Below are positions 13,017 through 24,886 of a DNA stretch of 64,000 nucleotides, in pieces (within the stretch, counting starts at the first letter, position 1; every line of letters starts with the position of its first letter). The position numbers were made by a program, and so were the translations under genes. The notes under the pieces were generated by a model. It saw nothing but the letters and a program-made list of their open reading frames with translations, searched no databases and was not told where the DNA came from. Source of the stretch: Perna viridis (Eukaryota); the NCBI GenBank assembly GCA_037379345.1, contig CM074515.1, positions 49,481,743-49,545,742 on the forward strand. The letters are read 5' to 3'.

Positions 13017-16000
13017 CAATTTGGAACTCAAGGAAAACTATGTATGTGTACCATGATGAAAAGTAAGGACCTCAACATGACACAATTTTTTTTAAAGGGA
13101 ACAGAAAATAAACATGTTGCATTCAAACTGTCATTTTGTTTTATAAATAGAAACAATTCAAAGAAATTAAATCAATTTAAAATGGTATCATTGTTTCACT
13201 TTAATAGGTAAATATGCCAGATCGTTATTATTAAACCAGACAATATTTTATTTATTCAATCAATATGTCTGAACAGAAGCTTTCAAACTTTTTTTCATAA
13301 AAAATCAATTTACCAATGAGATCCTTGTATATTGAAAAGCAATTTCCATCCCTTGATGAAGTTCACACCTGAATTCTCAGGTATGTCAGATTAGGCTGTC
13401 TGTGTCTAAATTGGTCTTATCTCAGTAAAAGTATTGAATATTTATAAAATAAATCTTCTTTGCATCTTTACTTGAAACTATGTGGGAAGTTGATTAAAGA
13501 GTGAAGCAAAAAGCAAAATGAAGGTGTGAAGTGGTTTCTTTACAAGTTGCTTGGTGGAAACAGTCAAAAATATTAAAACTCTCAAGTAAGAATATTTGGA
13601 GATGTTGAATAACAATATTCTTTGAAAAAAAAAAAAAAAAACATCCTATACAATTTCATCAAAATCCCTTGAGCGGTTTAGGAGGAGTTGCACTAAAGAG
13701 CCCATTGCATACATGCTAATCAATTTAGTTTGATTGTTTTAACCACTTTACTACTGTGTGTGTTTTCTATGTTTTCCTACCAGAAGCCTATCTGTACATG
13801 TTTACTATAGAAGATATCATAATTGGCATCACTTTACTGATGTAAGGACCTTTTTCAGTTCTGTACAATATATGTGACTTCCTCCACAAATATTTCCTTA
13901 CAATATTTCACATAACCTTTCCTACTTCAATACAAGTCATTTTTCTTTACATTAATAATACAATCTAACTCATTTTGTGATATTCTTTATCAGTTATAGC
14001 AATACAAATAAATGACTGAAATCTATTCAGATAATCACTTTCAATAAAAGCCCGCCAAAAATGACACATGACCCTGACCCATATTAATGGCCTTCAACCA
14101 CATCACAAAAACAAACATGAGAGATTGTTACACATGATTTGTCAATTCTTGACCCCAAAATGACCTCTGATAACACCTACCACTAGGGTCAATGACCTTA
14201 GACCTTTAAAAGTTCTGTTTAATTCAATGTCCTAAAGATGAATAAAAGATTCTCATCATAATTCTTTTACATCAGACCCAATGTTTGACCTATTCAAGTA
14301 GCAATTCATATCATTGAAACTGAAATTACATTCAAAGTGAATTATTACAACACTATGATAATAAGATCAAATGGAGACGAAGCTTATTCCTATAAAACAT
14401 GAAAAACAGTAAAAAATGCTAATGTTTTAAAAGTAAAAAGAGACATAAGAAAATTCTAAAAAAAAAAAAAAAAAAGAAAAAAAAAAAGAGAAAAAAAAAA
14501 GAGGATATTTTAATTTAACCAAGAAACTTGCTGAATATTCATTTTTTGTTTCTCAGCCACTTTGATAATCCTTGCATAACAAAAGCATTAATCAAAACTT
14601 CTTGTCATTTTGTGTGCTAAATACTTAGTATAACAACACTATCAAATGTATTCAAATTTAGTAAATATGCATTGAGTATTTAATTAGGCTCTTGCTAGTA
14701 TACAAAGTACATTTTTGAAATACCACACAGTTGACAGTAATGGTTAAAGTCAATACAAATGTTAAACTGTAGTCCAACAAGATAGATTCGTACCAATGGC
14801 AAGAACTAACATGCCACAAAAAAAAGAAAGAGTAAACTAACATCATCACTAACATATTACAAGATGTAGGGGGTGGGGGATTATCATGCTGTGTAACAAT
14901 ATGTCTCTACAGCATACATCTTTTTTGATGTGCTTCAAGGGTCTCAGGATCACAGCCATAGCAAAGAGTGATAAAATAAAACCAACTTAATAGATGGGTC
15001 TTATTTCTGGTGTCATAGACAAGTTTAACCCTATTTTAATGATGTTACTGTAGAATTTTGCTTCATAAAAATCCCTATTTCACATAACATGAAGGCTGCA
15101 TGTTTTCATAAACATGAAATGAAAAAAACTAGTCCTATTAAAATTGAAATAATTCAAGAAGACCCCATTTTATTATTGTTTCATGAAGGTCATTATTTTA
15201 TACCATGCTATTGCTTGGGTTAACATGAGGCAACATAAACAGTTAGACTAAATTGATATCCCCACTCCCTTATTTTGATGTGCTTTTTGACCTTCAAATT
15301 GATTTGGATCAAAATCTTAAATAGGATGATGCACAATTGGAACATATTAAGCAGATTCTGTAATAGATTTATTAATTCCGTGGTGTAGGAAAAGATGGGT
15401 CCCCAATGTCTCCAAATTCATAAGACAAAGTCAATGTTTTGCTATGTGAAAACCCCATATTGATTTGGATAAAAATCTAAAATAGGAGACAAACAATGGG
15501 ACTATGTAATAAAGATATTGTGAAAGTTTTATTAAAGTCAATTGTCAAGTTTAGGAGGAGTAATGGATTAGAAGGAAGAATAGACACCCCTATTACTATA
15601 TAACCCCACTTCCCCTTATGTTCAAAAATATAGAAAAACTGATCATCACTGGAGTGATGAAAACTTAAGTCATCCTGCAATATCAATAATGCAGAATAAT
15701 ATGTTTTGGATTGCTGCATTCATTTTAACAATATACTGCTTTAACAAAGGACATGAACAAAATCATACAGGACAAAAATCAAATACAGCAGAAAACAGCC
15801 AAAGACATTCCACAGAAATATCTTTTAATGACTGTCAATGTCAGGGTAATGTAAAAGACAAAAAGATACTAATGACTGTAGTTTTTGATTTAATTACAAG
15901 AGTTCTAAGATAGATCAGTTCTACCAATTTCTCATCAAGATAATTTTTTACAGAATGGATTCCAGCACACCTCAGCCAGTTTACCCTGAAGGTAGAATTT

Positions 16001-18025
16001 ATCAACAAGTGTTATAATGAGCTGTAGACAGGCATTATAGATATGGTCGGGACTTGGCCATCTGTTTCAGCCTTCTGAGACTGTGTCAAGGTCATTTGGT
16101 TTACTTTATTTCTAACTGAAGAGTTCATCAGAGGATAAGGGCAAAAGGAAATGTAAAATAATTTTTCGTAACTATTTTCTCCACAGCATTATTCACTCTG
16201 ATAAAGCTTTTTTTCACTGATTTCCTCAGTCAGGAAGGGGATGTGTGTTAAACACTTCAGTGCATTAAAAAACTGAAAAATACAATATGTCTTTGTAGAT
16301 GTAACTTATCAATTTAAATATTTCAGTTAGAAAAAGACACTATATCCAACCAGGGGCTATGACAAAAACAGTCTTGGAAGACAATAACAGTAAAATCAAA
16401 CAACCAAAATAACTGTTTATCCTCCACTGTACTATTTTTCCATCTTTCATGCCTACTGCCTTATATTTTCAATCTCAGATACTAAAAAAAACATCAGCAA
16501 TTATAATAGCAATGTAATGTCAAAATAGCTGACGTTACCAATAAACAGAATGAGGCCATTTTTTGAACATCTTGACAGAATATCACATAAAGGTAATAAC
16601 AAGATTACCAAACAAAATCATCAATCAGAGGCACATATAAAATAATACATGGCAAAGTCAAGAAAAACCTGTAAAAATGAAAATTGCTACTTAGTTCCTG
16701 GTATGGTTCCTAGTAAGGATCATTGTGATACTTTCTTCTGTATAATGTTAATACCAAAACAAAGAGTAGAAAAGGTGAAACCAATCCTATAGTCTCTTGG
16801 TAAAATGAATTATTAGACTGAAAGATCACTACTCATATAAGCATGGAATAGACCAATTTTATTAATGTCTGTCTAAAAATTTAATTGAGTGGTCTTTATC
16901 AGATAGTCTTCATTCTATTTCCTCTGACAGAGTCAGACATTAATAATACAATTTTTCCTGTAAATGTTTAGGAAATAACCAGATCTGCCCATAATTGTCT
17001 CTCAGCTGAATGGCAATCATAGATAAATTTGATAGTCCATAATTTAATCAATGGGAAATCACGAATATTACATTCAATAAACATTAAAAAATAGGGATAC
17101 TAATCCACTTTGGGTTAAACTATTGGAAAATCTTCCCTATACCACGTCTCTACAATTACCAGCCAAGCTACTTGCTACATTTGCTAGCCCAACCAACATC
17201 AAACATGATCAAAGCAAAAAAACTGAACAAAAAAACCCTGAAAAGCATTAAAAACATTGTAAAAATCTAATGCCTTGAAGTTTCTAATTTCTGACACAAC
17301 ATGCTGAGTACAGCACATTGATTTCTGGATAAGTTCATCAGTGAGAAAGATCTGTGATTGTAATATTCTATAAAAAAAAAAAAAAAAAGAAGACAAGACA
17401 TATCATTCTAAAGTGAAAGCATCCAACCCTATAGGGCATTGGATAAAGAAAAAAACCTGATCAAGCCTAATAATTAGCAGAATGATATGAAGACAGTATT
17501 ATCCAAACTGTCAGATTCGATACTATTTTCCCAGCTACGCATTTACCTTTCATTCAGCAGCTTTCTAGCATTTGTGATTGATGATACACAAGGCTCTATT
17601 AGGCTTGTTTCACCATTTAAGGCAGCTATTGTAGATTCCATTGATCCCTATGACTGATTCCATGTGTAAATCACAACTTCCAGAACAACTGCAAATGACC
17701 TGACAATATAAAGAAGATTGCTTTAATTGAAGCCGTATTTTCTTTCATTGTGAAAGCCATCTTGTCAACAGATTCAGAAAAAAAAAGTAATGTGCGGATG
17801 ATTACTCAATTGAGGATTAACTTTTTTGCCTAGCAGAATAAGAAATTTGGCACTCTTAATTAACCAGTCAAAATCATGCAGTCAAATAGAGCCACAAATT
17901 ATCAAAGAATTGAACATTTGAACATTACATGAATAGCAAGATTCACATGATGAGCTTCATTAATGAAACAAAGGCAGCCAATTTATTCTGCTTTATTTTA
18001 TTTTACCAGAACTATACTGTTTTAA

Positions 18026-19087
18026 TAAGGCCAAGATACAGAGCTGCCATGTCTATGTAAGGCCAAGACATAGAGCTATAATGTCACTGTAAGGCCAAGA
18101 TACAGAGCTGCTGTATCTATGTAAGGCCAAGATACAGAACTGCAATGTCCAAGTAAGGTCAAGATACAGAGCTGCTGTGTCTATGTAAGGCCAAGACACA
18201 GAACTGCCGTGTCTAAGTAAGGTCAAGATACAGAGCTGCCATGTCTATGTAAGGCCAAGACATAGAGCTATAATGTCACTGTAAGGCCAAGATACAGAGC
18301 TGCCGTGTCTATGTAAGGCCAAGATACAGAGCTGCTGTATCTATGTAAGGCCAAGATACAGAACTGCAATGTCCAAGTAAGGTCAAGATACAGTTTGTTT
18401 GTTTGTTTGTTTGGGTTTAACGTCCGAGCAGCAATATTTCAGCTATATTCAGACAATGTACATGACATGGATGATAAAATGAACATGAAATGATAAAAAA
18501 AAAGGATGGGTCACAAGGATAATAGGGTCGACAAATTTTGATTGCCACTAGAAAAAAGGGGGATTGGTAAGGTCGGGCAATTTAGCCTCCTGTGGCGGAG
18601 CGCAAAGGTTCCTACTCCTATCGAATACCACAGCAGGATTCTTTAACGTGCGAGGAACGTGGCATCTTTCCCAACACGGTGCACCACTATGGTTTGCAGT
18701 CAGGTTTTCCGTATTATAGCCTGACAACCCCAGCATGTAACATGCCAGGGGTACCCCATTCCACCACCTGGGGCACACATCCCAGTTCCTCTGTGGGCAG
18801 AGCGCCTAGCCCCTGGCTAGGTTTCTGAGCACTATTTAGTCGCCTTTTACGACAAGCGTAGCGCTGCTGCATGCCTGTTCTTTTGACACCCGGACCTGCA
18901 CGGGGTGGTCAAGATACAGAGCTGCTGTGTCTATGTAAGGCCAAGACACAGAACTGCCGTGTCTAAGTAAGGTCAAGATACAGATCTGCCATTTTTAAAT
19001 GAGCAAAATACAGATCGGCCGGGCCTAAGAGCTGCTGTGTCTTTGTAAGGCCAAGATATAGAGCTGTTGTGTGTATGTGAGGCCAAG
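18026..19087. repeat. 32-bp minisatellite interrupted by the retroposon
   Basis: Unit ~TAAGGCCAAGATACAGAGCTGCCATGTCTATG; ~11.5 copies left and ~5 right of the insertion; 224-bp (7-unit) higher-order duplication. Confidence 0.95.
18394..18906 (-). mobile_element. 513-bp non-autonomous RTE/RTEX-type retroposon (SINE-like) with (AAAC)n tail and 13-bp TSD
   Basis: TSD GGTCAAGATACAG at 18381-18393 and 18907-18919; (GTTT)n at the left end; minus-strand 5' end CCCCGTGCAGGTCCGGG...GCTTGTCGTAAAAGGCGACTAA, a motif typical of RTE-clade 5' ends; GC-rich compared with the flanks. Confidence 0.85.
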
Positions 19088-19974
19088 TTTCTGCAGTGAT
19101 TTCAAAGATGAAAAAAATGCACTGGTAATAGTCTTTCAATAAATTTGAATTAACATTTTATAAGGATAACTGTCTACAATCAAATGTAAAATGTCTCAGT
19201 TAAAACACTAAAAAATTTTATGGGTTCCATATCCTGAGATAGGAAAGGTTATGTTCCATATGATTATAGTCCCCACCTAAAACAATCTTATCTTCATAAA
19301 GAAAAAACCTTCAATTGAACAATGAAATTGAAGATCAAGTAATAAGTTCAGTTTAGCCTTGGGAAGATTTTTTTGCTGTTATCAATGAACAAATCTTTTC
19401 AACCTTAAGACTTTATCCATAATCAACTTGGTACACAAGAACTTTGACAATCTTATTAAATTTTCATATGGTATGGCTTATACCTTTAATATCCTATTGG
19501 TACTAAGGATCACAATTGGACAACTAATAATAAAATGTTCACATCAAACTTTAAGTAGTTTAAATTCTTGGCTATAGGAACTTCATTTATTGTAAGTTAA
19601 CCCTTAACACAATCTTACTGTCTACAGATTTAAGTCTAGGACATTCTAGGAATAAAACAGTTTGAATCCTTAGTTCATGGTCTATCACTCTAGCCAGAGC
19701 TGTCAGATTTGAGTTATCCCTCCCTCTTTTCAAGTATTTGTCAGCAGATTTGAAATAAATGTTACATTAATATTTTGCTGCTGTGCCTTGTCATGGGGTG
19801 GCCAAAAGATACTGCATGGTGAATACATCATAAAACCATTTTACAATGCCGAATAAAGAGACAACTACTTCAGACCTGTTTATGAAACTTCATGACAAAT
19901 TGTAAGTTTTAGCCGTATTTTGCAGCCCAAATTCTTTGAAACTACAAAGAATCTGTAAAAGTAATTACTTCTGC

Positions 19975-20051
19975 TACATGTATAACAGAATTAGAGGTTT
20001 CAGTAATCACTTCTATTACATGTATAACAGAACTAGAGGTTTCAGTAATCA
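19975..20051. repeat. Short tandem duplication
   Basis: TACATGTATAACAGAA(T/C)TAGAGGTTTCAGTAATCA x2. Confidence 0.85.
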
Positions 20052-23000
20052 AAGACATCATTTCAGTATAATATTCCATCAATAAGTAAACAGCAGAGTT
20101 CCTGCAGGTAAGCATAAAACTATTTGTAAGTTATGACCTTATAGTACTTTTCAGTATTGTGATGTCATAACTTACGACTAACGTTATAGTTTTTTTTTTC
20201 TTTTTTTTAAATCGACCCAACATTTTTTATTGAAAGGAAAAAAATTCTATTCACTGATAAATTGGCCATCAAGGACAGGGGAAATAACGAGACCTAGGCA
20301 TTACAGTTTCAACTGTAGAAAAATATTCTAATTATCAATTGTGGGACATTTTATTAGTCTAAGTCTAAAAAGAACTACTCCCTTCACATACAGATGGCCA
20401 AAACAATAAGATAACGGTAATATACAAATGGAGAATATCTCTTAACAAATTGAAAAGGAAGCCATTTATCAACTTTTCATTTATAATGTCTCTATCTCTA
20501 AAGGAAATCGAGGTTTTCATCTTTGTAGGACAACCAAGCCATCTATCTTTGCAGATACATAGGAAAAGATACTTGGTTGTCAAACACAAACTAATTCCAT
20601 GATTTTCTTTATGTTAAATTTTATTAATCAGCTGAACATTGGATGTTCAACAATTACTTTGCTTTGCACAATTACAGGAAAATAATTAACAAAATGCAGC
20701 CTAAAGAAAATTTTACTCTTCTATATTCAACAACCACAATCTTTAACTCTTTCTATTTTTTTGTATCAACTTTTTCAAGGATTTGTGTTTTTAATACATC
20801 AGAACTACAAAAAGTTGTAAACTCAATATATGGCTGTAAACCTTTGATGATAAACCTGCCAATATAAAATCAAAGTTACGACATAATAATGGACACTGTC
20901 CACGAACTTTTATTGAGAAGAAAGGATGAATATTTCCATATTATTCTAATAACCTCCATCCTCCTACACTGTGATCATGAATTATGTGGTCAATGGTTAA
21001 CAATGGTGCTACAGACATTTATAGTTGTGGGCGGAGACTGACCACCAACCAAATCAAATGAGGACAAACCTTTACAATGTCAGCACCAATTCATTTTAAC
21101 CAACACAATGAAATTCACTGTTATGAAATCATTAGAATATTTTATTAGGCCATGTCCTGGTAAGGTCAGATTCCTTACAGGCCAAGAAAAGTTAATAATT
21201 AGTTTCCAAACCTGGCAGAGAAAGGATGTTTTAAGACTTATCAAGAGGAGGTAAGAAAGCAAATTTGTTTGCAGAAAAAATACTTGTATCAATGGTAAAT
21301 TCAGCTTGTAAGCCACACAGGTACAGTATGTTTCTTCCTATAGGTATTGGCTTCAAAGGCTTTTATTAAACTTATCATCACTAATATTCCTGAAGTATTA
21401 TAGTGAGACATTATAGGACCTTAAATGAATTTCTATTACTTCATTACTTCACATTAGCTTATCTTTCTTTTTTCATTGAAAAATCCTTAAAATCTAGTGA
21501 TAATCCTTTACCTTCAAATCTTTCTTGGAAATAGGGGGGGGATTCATAAATTTGTTCTTCTCTGGTCAAATAGAGAAAATAAATCTGAAAAACCAAAACA
21601 TTTCTTTTAATTGCCTTATAATAAGATGACACCTAATACAGAAAATCTAAATTCAGTCATTCCTTTCGGGAGGAAATGTTCACTTCTATTTCCCTATCAT
21701 TGGCATAATTTAGTCGGATCTTTGTTTAGAAATTTAAATGAAATGTTATGAATCTTGACTCCTTACAAAGAGACTTTTTCAAGCCCTGTGACCTTCCATT
21801 TGATTTTTGTTAAATATTCAGATCAAATTGAAAAGTTAAATCTACTATGAAAAGAGAGTTCATGAAGATCATAAATGTCATGACTAAAGACTCCTTATGG
21901 TGATGAAGTGTAGATGAAATTCTAAAGAAAAAATTTGTTCAAAGAAAGTCAAGAGCTAATATCTTTCAGAGAATAAACTCATTGTGAAGAAGCAAAGGCT
22001 AATTTTGTTACAGGTATCATGGCTCATTCTTGAATATATGGATTTTAAACTTCTTCAGACAGACACACAAACAGATATATGAATGCAGTAAAATGCCCTT
22101 CTAAGAAGGACTTATGATATAAAGTCTAAATACAAATGATCTCATGTACCTACATCAAGGAATGGTGTGTAAACTGTTTCTATACTTAATAATTGATATG
22201 ATAAAAGCTTTAGTAAAATAAACTGCCTATTCCAACATACGACTTTCTTGTACTAAGTAAAAGCACTAGTGGAATCAAAATCCGGTTAAATATCCTTTAT
22301 GACTGAACTCATAAAACCAGACACAGAATTTTATTCATGATTATTAAACTATAGTTATGACAGTGTTTTGACAAAGATCAATTTAGTTCATCAAGATGTT
22401 TTAAAAGACAAAAACTCTTCTTCATTGCCGACAGAATTATTGGGTGTTTTTCTGTTTGTTTTTTTGTTTTATTTTCAAAGACTTTTAATGTAATTTGTTA
22501 AAAGAAAAAAATATAATTTCAAAATTAAGTTTAGGAAATTTTTCATTTTACAAAAGAGTTTTATATGATAAATTAAATTATTTCTAGTCACTGAACCTGA
22601 TAATTTTGAAATCGGGAAGGGGGAACTGATTTTCTAGGCTATTGTTTGCTCATTTTTGACTGAGTTTTGCATGAAATTAAACAATTTTTTTAACAGAGGG
22701 GTGGGGTCTAATCCCAAGAACTCCTTGGATCTGCCACTGATTTTAACACATTTGCTGTGGCTGTATGTTTAAAAATTTAAAATCTGAAAATATTTTCCCT
22801 GTCATTGTTGACATTTATTTTATTACATGAGTGATTATCAAAAAGATACAAGTCATTACATAAACAATGTAACCTGCATCTCAGAGGCTGTAACCCTGGA
22901 CTAGTACATGTAAGTACATAGTGTACTTAAGCAAGTCCACATCAGTCAACCTCATGTTCAAGGAAAAAGAATAACTAGTCTTGTGTAAAACTACTTCTTT

Positions 23001-24800
23001 GGTAAGTAAAAGGGGAATAACTTCAAACAGATGCACAATGGAGTGCATCAACATACATAAACTCAATTCAATGAGGCTTTGTGAAAGTCAAGATTTGAAT
23101 TAGATGTCATCAGAAAAGACATATGTAAGAAACTTGAATCATTTACTCCTCTATGCAAATGGCAAAAGGAGGAAATATAAATTGCAGTTAAATGGAAAAA
23201 AAAATACAACCCATACCACTGTCTTCAAAAATCAAACTTTCATATAGTCATGAAAAAATATTAACTTTATAGTACAGCTTCAGTTGAAAGATTCTCCATG
23301 TACAAAAAAGTCAACAGAGTATATAACCTTAATGTACCAGGTGGTAAATGAGATAAATTAACACAATCTGTTTACCAGTAAAAACATGGAAGACATGTTA
23401 GGCGAGGGAGATATTTCCTAATCTGTGACTTTATACACCTGTCCAAAGTAAGAAAGTTCACCAGGGGTTGTCTTCCACTCTTGTTGACCCTCTTATTTGT
23501 TATTCAAGTGTAAGTATTTGTAAAAATCTGGCAATAAAGAAAAAATTAGAAACATGCATGTCAAAACCCCACTGATCTGACAATATAATTTTACTCAGTT
23601 TGAAAGGACTATTATTTGATTTCTGCATCGCTGGATTTGCTCAGAATTTTTTCAACAAAATGTTAGAAAAATGAAGTTTTTGACAGCGTTATCTGTCCTG
23701 AAAATGGTCTTTTTCAGTGCATTTCAATGAAATTATAACTCAATTTACCAACATGATATGGAAAATCTTGTTTGTTTTTCTTGATTCTGATGATGCAAAT
23801 AGTCAAATTAAACTTTCAAAATGGTGGGTTTTGTTATACCATGTTTCACCCACTGCCTGACTCTTATAGAGACTGACACTTAACATTCCTACATTTTTTT
23901 TATTACTTTAGTTATTTTTGTATAACTTGTTGTTAGCTTATATATATATAAATATTATTTGGTTATTACTGAATGTTATAATCTTGTTATTAAAACAAAA
24001 AGGTCATTTTATGTCTCAAAAGTCTTAGTTAATCATGTTAATCACTTAGTATATATGACATCTTATGTAAGATTATGTTGAACTCCCAGCACAACTTTTT
24101 TTAAGAAAAGTTTCAGTTTCTTTATTTTATTCATCTTCAGTTTTGTGTAAAAAAAAAAAAATAGAAAATATGCTAAAACTTTGTAAAATTCCTATAATTT
24201 ATACCTGCAAATTTTATAATCAGTTAAGAAAATCCATTGTGGGCTTTTAAAATTAATTTCCCTTTTTAGAAACTATTTGAGCAATAAAAACATGAAAACC
24301 ATACAACTAAAAATCTTCCCTACTCAACTCATATTAATTTCAAGAAGAAACAAATTCTAACCAACACTTCCTAAGGTAGTATGGAGGTGGCATTCGGAAA
24401 CGGAAGTCAAGAAATTCATGGAGTAACGCATGTTTTAACAAAAAAACATGGTATCTACATGTTTTTTAAAATATATTTCCAATCACAAAAGCAAAAATTT
24501 AAGTAATTCAAAGTTGTTTTAGATCAAAATTATACACAATGCATAGACAATAAAGGAAAAGTTAAGAACTTTTTGTTTGGATATACACGTCACAGATGAA
24601 GGCGGTAAGATTCGCTTCGATTATGCCTAGTCATGGCTTTTTATTTCCTGCTCAAAAAGTGGGTTAGAGTTTATGAAACGTTACATATTTTCTACCAGAC
24701 TGATTTCTTTATGATGTGATAATCACACAATCTGTCTGATTATAATGTACCATACACATGCTATCGTGTTGAGGTAATGAGAAAATATAGATTGTCTTAC

Positions 24801-24886
24801 CTACGCTGCTAGGCGGCGTTCTTTAGACGCCTTTGACCTTTTCTCCATGTGGCTTTATGTTCCTTTATTGAATATCTCCAAACAAA
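24801..24886 (-). other. Candidate 86-nt 5' UTR-like exon containing a 15-aa uORF (MEKRSKASKERRLAA*, 24848-24801)
   Basis: acattttctttcag|TTTGTTTGG...GCAGCGTAG|gtaaga; locally GC/CpG-richer than the flanks; stops in all frames. Confidence 0.7.

Noticed and set aside
18548-18828. Overlapping 76/78-aa ORFs
   Set aside because: They lie inside the GC-rich non-autonomous retroposon; chance ORFs.
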